Part shown: positions 9,309 to 18,370 of the stretch, piece by piece
Layout: the number at the start of each line of letters is the position of its first letter
How positions within the stretch are numbered: position 1 is the stretch's first letter
Source: a virus
DNA length: 62,811 nt
IMG/VR virus record: IMGVR_UViG_3300047175_000146
Coordinates: 1-62,811 of that record
Strand: one strand, 5' to 3'
Program-made: the position numbers and the translations under genes
Notes under the pieces: generated by a model
The model's database searches: none
What the model was told of the DNA's origin: nothing
What the model saw: the letters and a program-made list of their open reading frames with translations, nothing else

Positions 9309-11446
9309 TGGCTGGCCAGCGCCGCGCCCAATACGTGTCGATCCCGATGGGGCCGGGCATCTTGTCAAACACCACCGGGCGCGGCGCCAAGACCCGCATC
9401 AATTACATGAATTGGGACCGCTGGAAAGACGGTTCCTGGGTGCGCTGGCATAAACTGCTGGCCGAAAAACAAGGCGGCTGGGCCTATCAAGCCCTCACCA
9501 CCAGCGGCGGCTCCTCGCAGGCGCTCTACCTCGGAATCGCCCGTGCCGTGCACGATTGGGCGTCCCTCGATGGCCAGTTCTGGGTCGCTATCGGCACGCA
9601 CCTGAAACTCTATATCGTCAACAACGCCACCTTGTACGACATCACGCCCTCGAGGGGAAGCTCGAACGTCGTGAACGCGATCGCCACAGCCAATGGACAA
9701 AACACGGTGACCATCACGGATGTCGGCCACAAGGCCAACACCGGGGACTTCATCGACATCTTCGGCGCGGGCGCCGTCGGCGGTATCACCCTCGCCGGCA
9801 CCTATCAGATCACGGTGCTCGATCCGAACACCTACACCGTGATCGGTCCGAACGCGGCCAGCAGCAGCGCCACCGGCGGCGGCAATTTCTCGATCAATTA
9901 CGAGATGTACACCGGACTGCCGCAGAACGGTCAATTGCTGGGCTACGGCACGGGCGTCTACGGCGCCGGAACCTACGGCACGCCGCGCGCGGTCGGCAGC
10001 GGCGTTCCGCAGCGCCTGCGCTCCTGGTCGCTCGATAATTACGGCGAGGATTTGATCGCCAGCGAATCGGACGGCGAGATCTATTGGTGGCAAAAATCCA
10101 TGGGTCCGAATACGCCGGCGGCCATTCTGCAGTCGGCGCCGACCGGTGTGCAGCGCTGTTTGGTCGACGTCGCGCAACGCGCGCTCATCGCTTTGGGATG
10201 CACCGATCTGACCAGCGCCTACGATCCGATGATCGTGCGCTGGTGCACACTCGATGACATCACCGATTGGTACCCGACCGACACCAACACCGCCGGCTTT
10301 TATCAGTTGACGCGCGGCTCGCGCATCATCACCGGACTGCAGACCAAGGGGCAGAATCTCATTTGGACCGACACCACGCTCTACCGCATGGTGTTCGTCG
10401 GCGGTTCCGACGTCTATGACTTCTATCCGTCCGGCCAATGCCAGATCGTGGGCCCCAATGCCGCGGTCGACGTCGATGGCATCGGTTATTTTATGGGCTA
10501 CGACAATTTCTATAATTACTCGGGCACTCTGAATCTTCAGGCCTGCGAGGTGTGGTCGACGGTGTTCGATCCGAACGTGCCCACGTCCTTGCTGCGCTCA
10601 CAATCGGAAAAAGTGTTCTGCTACTCCTTCGAACAGAAGAGCGAGATCACCTGGGTGTATCCGTCGAGCGGCGGCGTGGTGCCCATCGTGCTGACGTCCA
10701 CGCTGGCACAGGGTGCCACGTCCTGCACGTTGCAAAGCCCCTGGACCGGCAGCAGCGGCCAATTCGCCATCACCTTCTCGGACCAGGAAGAACTGACGGC
10801 GACGCTTACCCACGGTTCGACCGCCGTGACCTTGAACTTCCCGTTGGCCGGGCCGGTCAGCGCCAGCGCGACGATTGGCGGCGAATGCGATCGGTATGTG
10901 ACATTCAACTGGGAAGATGGCGTCTGGTATTACGGTGCGTGGAACCGCACCGCCGCGGATGGACGCTCGCCGGCGATGGGCGGTTATCCGTACGGCGTCA
11001 ACAACGGCTATCTCTACCAGCACGAGATCGGTCTGGATGCGGTCGAGCAGTCGGGCACTCAGGCGATTCCCTGGTACATTGAATCCCTGGACATCACCGT
11101 CGGTGGCGCCAAGTCCGAATACACCATGGGCGGCTCCGATGCGCGTTTCGCGGTCGGCGGCTCCGATGCGCATTTGCGCGTCGTGTCGATGATCCCGGAC
11201 TTTGCCTACTTCACCGGCGCGATGAACATCACGCTGATGACCAAGGATCGGCCGCAGGATCCTGCGTATGTGGTCAACGGCCCGGTTACCTTCTCGCCCG
11301 GCACCGATCAAATCGACATCGACGCGCACGGCAGCCAGATCGTGCTCAAATTCGACAACCTCACCAATGCGGGCGCGGCCAGCACCGGCAGCTCTTTCCG
11401 CATGGGCATTTTCCAGGCCTTGGCCACGCCGTACGCCAAAAGATAG
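9308..11446 (+). CDS. Large tail structural protein (nozzle / tubular-B-like size class), carries the shared module
   Basis: TGATG overlap start at 9308; 712 aa, beta-rich, with 'SWSLDNYGEDLIASESDGEIYWW'. The shared module lies at about 10712..10876. Confidence 0.5.
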   Translation: MAGQRRAQYVSIPMGPGILSNTTGRGAKTRINYMNWDRWKDGSWVRWHKLLAEKQGGWAYQALTTSGGSSQALYLGIARAVHDWASLDGQFWVAIGTHLKLYIVNNATLYDITPSRGSSNVVNAIATANGQNTVTITDVGHKANTGDFIDIFGAGAVGGITLAGTYQITVLDPNTYTVIGPNAASSSATGGGNFSINYEMYTGLPQNGQLLGYGTGVYGAGTYGTPRAVGSGVPQRLRSWSLDNYGEDLIASESDGEIYWWQKSMGPNTPAAILQSAPTGVQRCLVDVAQRALIALGCTDLTSAYDPMIVRWCTLDDITDWYPTDTNTAGFYQLTRGSRIITGLQTKGQNLIWTDTTLYRMVFVGGSDVYDFYPSGQCQIVGPNAAVDVDGIGYFMGYDNFYNYSGTLNLQACEVWSTVFDPNVPTSLLRSQSEKVFCYSFEQKSEITWVYPSSGGVVPIVLTSTLAQGATSCTLQSPWTGSSGQFAITFSDQEELTATLTHGSTAVTLNFPLAGPVSASATIGGECDRYVTFNWEDGVWYYGAWNRTAADGRSPAMGGYPYGVNNGYLYQHEIGLDAVEQSGTQAIPWYIESLDITVGGAKSEYTMGGSDARFAVGGSDAHLRVVSMIPDFAYFTGAMNITLMTKDRPQDPAYVVNGPVTFSPGTDQIDIDAHGSQIVLKFDNLTNAGAASTGSSFRMGIFQALATPYAKR

Positions 11447-11449
11447 TCG

Positions 11450-13531
11450 ATGACGAGCGTCACGCGCATCGGCAACGTCGACATCCAGTTCACGGCGAAT
11501 TGGGATGAAATCAAGGCCAATCAACTGGTGCAGACGCTGCAACAGGTGGTCGCGCGCGTCAATGCCAGCACAACGGCGATCGCGGCGTTGCAAAACGGCA
11601 GTGCCGATACCTCAGTCGCGCCGCACACCCTCGCGACGACGTCCGGCAACGGGCCCGTGCACACCGTCTCAGGATTGACGGCCGGTCAGGTGCTGATCGC
11701 GACGAGCGCCACCAGCGTCGAATTCAGGCCATTGACCTTCTCGGATCTCACGCCCACCGATGGCGGTTCCATCGAAGCGGCCGCCAACGGCGATGTCATG
11801 ACCTTCGTCGATGGTTATTGGTCGGCCGCGCCACCCTCGAGCAGCGTCGGTATCGGTTTATCGAGTCCGGGCGCGTTCGCGCTGCTTGAGTGGAATAACG
11901 CCCTGAAGGCTTATGCCTGGGCACTGCCAGATAGCACGTTGAACGTGAGCGGTGGTGCGGTGGGCGTCGTCACCGGCAATCTGGTGCACGCGCAGCTCGC
12001 CAACCTTCTGTACGTGGAGGGCTCGACCACGGTGCTCGCCAATGATCACCCGCAGTACGGATTGCTCAGCGCCGCCAACACCTGGACGTCGTTGCAAACC
12101 CTGACCGGCGGCGCGGTGATCGATGGTTTGCTCGCCCAAGGGAATCTGTCGGTCGTGCCGCTGCCAAGCGACACCGTGCAGCAGTCCGGCATCGCGTTGA
12201 GCGGCATCGAGCCGTACACGCAACTGGTGAGCCTGGATACCCCGACACTCAATGAAGCGGCGTGGGCGATCCAAGTCGAGCCCGGCATGCTGCGCTTCAC
12301 GACGGTGGATGACGCAGGCTCCTGGGGCGAGGACTGGCTCACCGTCACGCGCGTGGGCGAACTGGCCGATGCGGTGAACGTTTCCGCCAATTCCTTCACA
12401 TTCAACGGCGACACCGTCTTGACGCCAACGTCGCTTGCCGCGGGCACCAACGTGTATCTCACCACCGATGCGATCGGGCGCACGCTGATCAATGCCAAGG
12501 TGGGGAGCGGCGGCGGCGCCGGCACGGTCACCTCGGTCGGCCTGTCAACGCCCGGTACGGCGATCGCGCTCGGCGGCACAAACCCGGTCACCGGCAGCGG
12601 CACAATCTCGGTAGATCTAAGCAGCGCGGCCTATACCGCCCTGTCGGACGCCCTGACCGCGTTGCAACCGATCACGGGCCTGGCCGGTAGTTACAGCAAC
12701 CCGACGGTGACGCTCACCGCGGCCGGCCAGATCAGTGCCATCGTTTCCGGCGGTGGCGTGAGCGGCGCCAACCCTACCGCCAGCGTCGGACTCGCCGCCG
12801 TGAACGGTTCGGCAGTCACGTTCATGCGCAGCGACGCCGCGCCGGTGTTGTCGCAATCGATCGCTCCGACCTGGACCGGCAATCACGTTTTCAGCGGTGC
12901 TGGGACACCCATCACGGTCAACGCGGCAAGTTCCCAGGTCGGCGTGCAAATCAACGCCGGAGCGGGGCAATTCGGATTGGCGGTGCAAGGCAACGGCACG
13001 CTTGGCTCGAGCTACGGCATGTTGCTGCAGGCGGGCACCAACAATTCGGACACCGCGTTTCAAATCAACAGCGCGTCGGCCAGTTTTACGTCCTTGAAGG
13101 TTTTTGGCGATGGCTCGATGGTGCTCGGAGGCAGCGGCACGCCGGGCGGCGCCAAGGGTTACGGCACGTTGAATGCCAACGCCCTGTACATCAGCGGCAA
13201 CGCAGCGGGGTATCTCGAGATACCGCAAAATGCGCAATCGACAAATTACACGCTGGTGCTGTCGGATTCGGGCAAGGACATTCTGCAAACGAGCTCGGGC
13301 AATACGACGACGATACCGCCGAACTCGGCTGTGCCGTTTCCCATCAACACTTGCGTTCTGTTCAGCGTGACGAGCGGCCTCAACCAATTGATCGCGCCGG
13401 GAACCGGGGTCACCCTCACCCAGATTCCCACGGGCGCGACCGGCACGCGCACCTTGACCGGCCCGGGCGATGCGTTGGCACGCCAGGTGTCCATCGACAA
13501 CTGGTTCATCACCGGCCCTGGCCTTACCTGA
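11450..13531 (+). CDS. Tail-fibre-like protein
   Basis: 693-aa Gly/Thr/Ser/Ala-rich ORF with an N-terminal helical segment and a long repetitive beta-type body, located in the tail block. Confidence 0.55.
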   Translation: MTSVTRIGNVDIQFTANWDEIKANQLVQTLQQVVARVNASTTAIAALQNGSADTSVAPHTLATTSGNGPVHTVSGLTAGQVLIATSATSVEFRPLTFSDLTPTDGGSIEAAANGDVMTFVDGYWSAAPPSSSVGIGLSSPGAFALLEWNNALKAYAWALPDSTLNVSGGAVGVVTGNLVHAQLANLLYVEGSTTVLANDHPQYGLLSAANTWTSLQTLTGGAVIDGLLAQGNLSVVPLPSDTVQQSGIALSGIEPYTQLVSLDTPTLNEAAWAIQVEPGMLRFTTVDDAGSWGEDWLTVTRVGELADAVNVSANSFTFNGDTVLTPTSLAAGTNVYLTTDAIGRTLINAKVGSGGGAGTVTSVGLSTPGTAIALGGTNPVTGSGTISVDLSSAAYTALSDALTALQPITGLAGSYSNPTVTLTAAGQISAIVSGGGVSGANPTASVGLAAVNGSAVTFMRSDAAPVLSQSIAPTWTGNHVFSGAGTPITVNAASSQVGVQINAGAGQFGLAVQGNGTLGSSYGMLLQAGTNNSDTAFQINSASASFTSLKVFGDGSMVLGGSGTPGGAKGYGTLNANALYISGNAAGYLEIPQNAQSTNYTLVLSDSGKDILQTSSGNTTTIPPNSAVPFPINTCVLFSVTSGLNQLIAPGTGVTLTQIPTGATGTRTLTGPGDALARQVSIDNWFITGPGLT

Positions 13532-14133
13532 TGGCCAACGCCATCATGGCCGTGCTCGCGTCCTACGTCGGGTTTACGCCCTTGACGCGCACCTACAGCG
13601 CACACGGCACCTACACCGAAACCATCCCCAACGGCGCGAGCAACGTCGTGGGCGAGGTCTTCGGCGCGAACGGGGCCGGCGGCAATGTGTACATCGGTGC
13701 GCAGCCGGCCGGGGGTGGCGGCGGCGGTGGTGGTGGTTACGCGCGCAGTTCGTTCAACGTCGCCGGCGCCGGTGGCAAGACGTTTGCCGTCATCGTCGGT
13801 ACCGGCGGCAGCAGTTACAATTCCGGCGGCTCGTTCTCGCAGATCTCTTCGGGCACCTTCACGATCACGCTCCTCAACGGCCTGGGCGGCAATCCCGGCG
13901 GCGATGGCCAGGCGGGCGCCGGCGGCACGGCCGGCTTGGGCAACAACGCGAGCGGTGGCAACCAAGCCAATATCACCGGCAACAACGGCACTGCCGGCAG
14001 CAGCACCAGCACCGCGGGCGGTAGCGGCGCGGCGCCGTACGTTGGGATTAATGGCTCGAGCGCGGCGGGCGGCCATGGGGAATTCACGTTCACGGCGGGC
14101 GGCGACGGCGTGGTCGTATTTCGGTATACATGA
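13531..14133 (+). CDS. Glycine-rich tail-associated protein (paralogous in style to the C-terminus of 7459..9114)
   Basis: TGATG overlap start; 200 aa containing 'GAQPAGGGGGGGGGYARS...VGTGGSSYNSGG...GGDGQAGAGGTAG'. Confidence 0.55.
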   Translation: MANAIMAVLASYVGFTPLTRTYSAHGTYTETIPNGASNVVGEVFGANGAGGNVYIGAQPAGGGGGGGGGYARSSFNVAGAGGKTFAVIVGTGGSSYNSGGSFSQISSGTFTITLLNGLGGNPGGDGQAGAGGTAGLGNNASGGNQANITGNNGTAGSSTSTAGGSGAAPYVGINGSSAAGGHGEFTFTAGGDGVVVFRYT

Positions 14134-14160
14134 GGCTTTTACACTAGGTGGTATAACAGT

Positions 14161-14481
14161 ATGATTTATGACCTCACCCGGCCGCTGACCGATTTCTTTG
14201 GCGAACCGATCTGCGACAAGGAAACCCCAGACGGGTACACGCTCGGCATTGCACTGCTGCGCGCGGCGCTATTTGTGAATCCCTTGGAGCCCCTGCCGCC
14301 GGCGGAAGTCAAAATGCGCCGCTTTGAATTGGGGCGCAAAATCTACAACTCGCTTGGAATAGCAATCTCGCTCAGCGTCGAGGAGGTAGCGGATCTGCGC
14401 AAGCAGGTCGGCGCGATGTACATGCCGCTCCTGATGGGCATGGTCTGGTCAATACTGGACAGCGCCGATGAAACGACCTAG
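14161..14481 (+). CDS. Hypothetical protein
   Basis: 106-aa ORF in a lower-GC island at the end of the fibre block. Confidence 0.5.
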   Translation: MIYDLTRPLTDFFGEPICDKETPDGYTLGIALLRAALFVNPLEPLPPAEVKMRRFELGRKIYNSLGIAISLSVEEVADLRKQVGAMYMPLLMGMVWSILDSADETT

Positions 14482-14653
14482 CATCCTTTCATGCGCCACT
14501 AAAGTCATTTAGCTTCCCGGTGACAGATTTCCCCGATCAGGGGAGCCCCTTCAAAGTTCAGGCGTTAGTCGTGAGTGGCCTGCATGATCGAAACCAACCG
14601 CGACAGCCGGCGGTTCGTATGTGTCAAGACACCTCCCCCGAACGCGGCCGGCG

Positions 14654-14670
14654 CTGTCAGCCGCTGACAT
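14654..14670 (+). promoter_or_regulatory. Recurrent 17-nt intergenic element, copy 1 (CTGTCAGCCGCTGACAT), followed by T7 and TACAGT at +23..+28
   Basis: Inverted half-sites TGTCAG/CTGACA, 3-nt spacer, run of 7 T; 61 nt upstream of the 14731 start. Confidence 0.5.
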
Positions 14671-14730
14671 TTTTTTCGAGTTGCCGTTCCTCTACAGTCC
14701 TTCTCGTCCGCGAGCCGTCGTTTCCTCGCG

Positions 14731-15270
14731 ATGTGCAAAAAGGGTCCGGCAATGATCGACTTCATGGTGCTGTCCGCGCCTCGGTCTGCTTCCACGTGGG
14801 CGGCCAATTGGTTGACCACGCACCGGACGCTGTGTTTGCATGACCCGCTGCTTGAGCATACCGTCGAGGAGCTCGACGGCATTCCCCACGCACAGGCGAC
14901 ATTCGGCATTTCCTGCACCGCGTTGCCTTTGTGTCACGCCTGGGTCGATGCACACGCCGCGCGCAAACTCGTTCTACATCGCGATATCGCGGACATCGAT
15001 GCCTCGCTCAAAAGGATCGGCCTGACCGCGCTGTCGCGCCATTGGACGGGCGCGCTCGAACGGCTGCGGGGCATGCACGTGCACTACCTCGATCTGTTCC
15101 AGGCGTCGAGCGCCAAGCGCATCTGGGAATACTTGACCGAAACCGATTTCGATCCGGGTCGCCATCGGCATTTGACGCGCATGCGCGTGACGCCCTATCA
15201 CCCCAAGGTTCCCATCGATGCCGAATGCGCGCGCGATTTCAGGCGACGCATCGAGAGGGCCTTCGCATGA
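14731..15270 (+). CDS. Sulfotransferase-like protein
   Basis: The N-terminal 'FMVLSAPRSASTWAANWL' resembles the 5'-PSB P-loop (PRSGST) of sulfotransferases. 179 aa; an alternative start is at 14752. Confidence 0.5.
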   Translation: MCKKGPAMIDFMVLSAPRSASTWAANWLTTHRTLCLHDPLLEHTVEELDGIPHAQATFGISCTALPLCHAWVDAHAARKLVLHRDIADIDASLKRIGLTALSRHWTGALERLRGMHVHYLDLFQASSAKRIWEYLTETDFDPGRHRHLTRMRVTPYHPKVPIDAECARDFRRRIERAFA

Positions 15271-15923
15271 GCCGCACACGTATCGCGCAGCACGACGTCA
15301 AGGCGGATCCGCCCATTCGCATTTTGAAGAAAGGCGTGATTGTTCAGCCGCTGATTCAGCAGATCGAGGCCAATCCGCAGCTCTGGGACCAGAATGTGTT
15401 CCGCAACTACGAGCCGGGCTATACGTCCGAGAATCCGCATGAGCGTGTCTCCGACATCATCGTACGTTTCAATCATTGGAAGAACTGGACCGGCGATCGG
15501 CGTGCGTTCAACGAGCGGCACGAGTCGGTGTGGTGGGCACCTTATGAAAAACTCACGTATCTGAAACCGCTCGTCTTCGATCTTGCCCGCTGGTTCTACG
15601 CCGAAAGCATCGGCATGGTGTTGATCACGCGCATACCCCCCTTCCATGAGGTCAAACCGCACGTCGATGCCGGCTGGCACGCGCGCCACTATTTGAAGTT
15701 CGCCATTTCCTTGAAAAGCGCGCCTCGGCAGAAATTCTGTTTCGAGGGCACCGAGATCGAAACGCAAGTGGGTGACCTGTTCGCGTTCGACAACTCCAAA
15801 CCGCACTGGGTCACCAATCCCACCGATCAGGAGCGCTGGACATTGATCATCTGCCTGCGCTTGGAGCAGCCGATCTGCCGAAATTGCGAATGGCGCGGCC
15901 CTGATGTGCCGAACTTGAACTAG
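15267..15923 (+). CDS. Aspartyl/asparaginyl beta-hydroxylase (LpxO)-family Fe(II)/2OG dioxygenase-like protein
   Basis: ATGA overlap start. 'VKPHVDAGWHARHYLKFAISL ... GDLFAFDNSKPHWVTNPTDQERWTLII' matches the H-x-D ... FD..xxH..N....R..L cupin pattern of that family. Confidence 0.7.
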   Translation: MSRTRIAQHDVKADPPIRILKKGVIVQPLIQQIEANPQLWDQNVFRNYEPGYTSENPHERVSDIIVRFNHWKNWTGDRRAFNERHESVWWAPYEKLTYLKPLVFDLARWFYAESIGMVLITRIPPFHEVKPHVDAGWHARHYLKFAISLKSAPRQKFCFEGTEIETQVGDLFAFDNSKPHWVTNPTDQERWTLIICLRLEQPICRNCEWRGPDVPNLN

Positions 15924-15933
15924 GGGAAGGATC

Positions 15934-16953
15934 TTGCCGGCAGGATGGGTATCAGCAGGAGTGGCAGCGGTGGGCGTGGCATCGAACATCGCCAGCAACC
16001 AATCGGCGCAATCGGCCGCAAACAAGAACAACGCCAACTCGCAAAATCTCGCCGGCGCGCAGAATCAGATGTTGAGCCAAGCCGAGAGCGTCGCCAACCA
16101 GCCGTTCGTGGCGTACACCGGGCAGCTCACGGCACCGATGTCGGCGAACGAGCAGCAGGGCAACGATTTGGCCGCCAGCGTCGCCAACAACCAGGTGGCG
16201 CAGGGCGATGTGCAGGCGGGCACCAACTTGGTCGGCCAGGTCGCCAACAACGGGTTCAGTCAGCAGACGATTGAAAACTACATGAACCCGTACACGCAGG
16301 ATGTGACCAACAATGCGATCACGGCGGCCAACCGCAGCTACGCCCAAAATCTCTCGGCACTCAATGAAAAATCGGCCCAATCCGACGCGTTCGGCGGTTC
16401 CGGCAGCGCTCTGCAGCGGGGCGAGCTCGCCGGGCAAAATCAATTGAATGTCGCCAACATCACGGCCACCAATGATTCCAACGCCTATGACGCGGCAGTC
16501 AAGGCCTGGCAAGCCGACAATCAAACCAAACTGTCAGCCGCACAGGCCTACAACGCCGCCGGCCAGGACATCACCAACATGAACTCGACGCAGATCTCCG
16601 ATTTGATGAAAACCGGCGGCGTCGCTCAGGCCATCAGCCAGACCAATCTTGCCAATCAGTACGGCCAGTTCATGCGCCAGCAGGGCTGGAGCGCCAATCA
16701 GTTAGGTTCGTTGATTCAAGCGGTCGGTACGGCCAAGGGCAATACCAATGTCGCGGCCGCGCCGCAGTCGAACGTCGCCAACCAACTGCTCGGCTTGGGA
16801 TCGACGGTGGCGGGCTTGTTTGGCGGCTCGAGCGGTACCTCGGATCCGTCGTTGAGCGATGCCGACATGTCGAGCCTATCCAGCAATGCACTGTCGAGCA
16901 CGGCACCGGCCTTGGACTCGAGCACCGTGTCCGGACTCACGTCCACGGTCTGA
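15934..16953 (+). CDS. Internal-virion/ejection-type protein (Gln/Asn/Ala-rich)
   Basis: 339 aa with a hydrophobic N-terminus 'WVSAGVAAVGVASNIA' and Q/N/A-rich low complexity. First of three consecutive genes ending in the giant protein. The TTG start is uncertain. Confidence 0.5.
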   Translation: MPAGWVSAGVAAVGVASNIASNQSAQSAANKNNANSQNLAGAQNQMLSQAESVANQPFVAYTGQLTAPMSANEQQGNDLAASVANNQVAQGDVQAGTNLVGQVANNGFSQQTIENYMNPYTQDVTNNAITAANRSYAQNLSALNEKSAQSDAFGGSGSALQRGELAGQNQLNVANITATNDSNAYDAAVKAWQADNQTKLSAAQAYNAAGQDITNMNSTQISDLMKTGGVAQAISQTNLANQYGQFMRQQGWSANQLGSLIQAVGTAKGNTNVAAAPQSNVANQLLGLGSTVAGLFGGSSGTSDPSLSDADMSSLSSNALSSTAPALDSSTVSGLTSTV

Positions 16954-16963
16954 GGAACCACCC

Positions 16964-18367
16964 ATGGCCGCCGGCGCAACCCTAGACACTGAAGACGACC
17001 AGGACGCGATCGACAACGTCCAGCCACCGGCGATGACGTTGCCGACCGCACCGCCCGCCGCGCAGGCCTCCGCCGGCGGCACGGCGCCGGGCTCGGCCGC
17101 CCCTGCATCACCCACTCCTGCGTTGGCGCCGGCCACGGCCGCGACCAACGGCATCGAGGGTCAGCCGCAAAAGAAGCAGATCCCGACCGGACCCAAAGTC
17201 GAGTTCGATCCGAAGAAACTCGCCAAGGTGCAGACCCCCGAGGACCTGGTCGATGCCATGCGCCCGAAATCGCGCACCGACTACCTCGACTGGTGGGAAA
17301 AAACCCACGGCGACATCGACGAGAAGTATGACAACCTGCAAAAACAGCTCGGTCAACGTCCCGAAGATGAGGGCCTGACCCGTTCCGAGAAGTTCGCGGC
17401 GCTGCTGCAGTTTGGCCTGCACTTGATGAAGAACTCAAGCACGCCGACGCCCAATCAGGGCAGCGTGCTGACCGGCACCTTGAGCGATGAATACGATGCG
17501 ATGCAAAAGGCGCATCAGGACAACGTCGCGGCCCAGCAGAAGGATTACGACACGCAGGCCAATGCCATCGAGCAGGGGCGCCAGGCGGCGCTCAAGGGCA
17601 TCGGCACGCCGGCGCAGGCCATGGCCGGACAGCAGGCATCCGACAAGGCGTATGCGCAAGAGACAAAAGACAACGCCGCCGCGCTCAAAAGCGCCAAAGA
17701 CGTGCTGACCGACAAGCAATCGGCGTTGGGTCCGGTCACGTACTCGACTGATCCGAAAGGCAACCTCGTGTCCTTGGTGCGCGATCCCAAGACGGGTGCA
17801 ACTACCGCAGAACCGGTGCTAACGATCGACGGCAAACCCTACCAGGGCAAGGTGCTGGGGCGCGAAACGGGCTCCGGCGTCGAGAAGGGCGATCCGGCCG
17901 CCGTCAAGACGCAGAAGTATCTGATGTCGTTGGGGTATACGGAAAGCGATGCCACCAACATCGCCATGAAACCGAAAACCAACAACCCGAACGCCGACTG
18001 GATCAGCGTCTACAAATCGGCGATCCAGGCCAACGGCGGCGATGACGCGTCCGCCAAGCACGTCGCTGACATTGCGATCTTGAACAACTATGGCGCCGGT
18101 GCGCTTGCCCAGGTCAACAAACCCCTCGTGCCCTCGAGCGGCAAGTACGCCCCGCCGCAGCCGCCCGACAGCGTCGTGCAGGGCATGAAGCCGGGCATGG
18201 TGTATGACTTTGGCGACAAGGGTAAATGGATGAAAGGCTTGGACGGCAAGCCGGTGCTGGTGTCGCGCCCGGGCGGGCGCACGGTCTTGAACAACCGCAA
18301 CGCCATACAAAACCCGGATGCCGCGCTGCCCACCGGCGGCCTGCCCGCACCCAACGCGAGTCCATAG
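16964..18367 (+). CDS. Internal-virion/ejection-type protein
   Basis: ATG 16964 after 'gaggaaccaccc'. 467 aa with an acidic/Pro-Ala N-terminus and a charged helical middle, directly upstream of the giant protein. Confidence 0.5.
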   Translation: MAAGATLDTEDDQDAIDNVQPPAMTLPTAPPAAQASAGGTAPGSAAPASPTPALAPATAATNGIEGQPQKKQIPTGPKVEFDPKKLAKVQTPEDLVDAMRPKSRTDYLDWWEKTHGDIDEKYDNLQKQLGQRPEDEGLTRSEKFAALLQFGLHLMKNSSTPTPNQGSVLTGTLSDEYDAMQKAHQDNVAAQQKDYDTQANAIEQGRQAALKGIGTPAQAMAGQQASDKAYAQETKDNAAALKSAKDVLTDKQSALGPVTYSTDPKGNLVSLVRDPKTGATTAEPVLTIDGKPYQGKVLGRETGSGVEKGDPAAVKTQKYLMSLGYTESDATNIAMKPKTNNPNADWISVYKSAIQANGGDDASAKHVADIAILNNYGAGALAQVNKPLVPSSGKYAPPQPPDSVVQGMKPGMVYDFGDKGKWMKGLDGKPVLVSRPGGRTVLNNRNAIQNPDAALPTGGLPAPNASP

Positions 18368-18370
18368 GCG

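Noticed and set aside
14654-14676. The 17-nt element copies as plain rho-independent terminators
   Set aside because: The stems are only 6 bp with 3-nt loops. Only copies 1 and 4 are followed by T-runs. Copies 2 and 3 have same-orientation half-sites. The conserved spacing to downstream start codons argues for a promoter or operator role. The terminator idea is kept as an alternative only.
14520-14843. 107-aa + strand ORF in the gap before the sulfotransferase-like gene
   Set aside because: It runs through the 17-nt element and T-run and into the better-supported 14731 frame region, and its sequence is Arg/Ser/Pro-rich.
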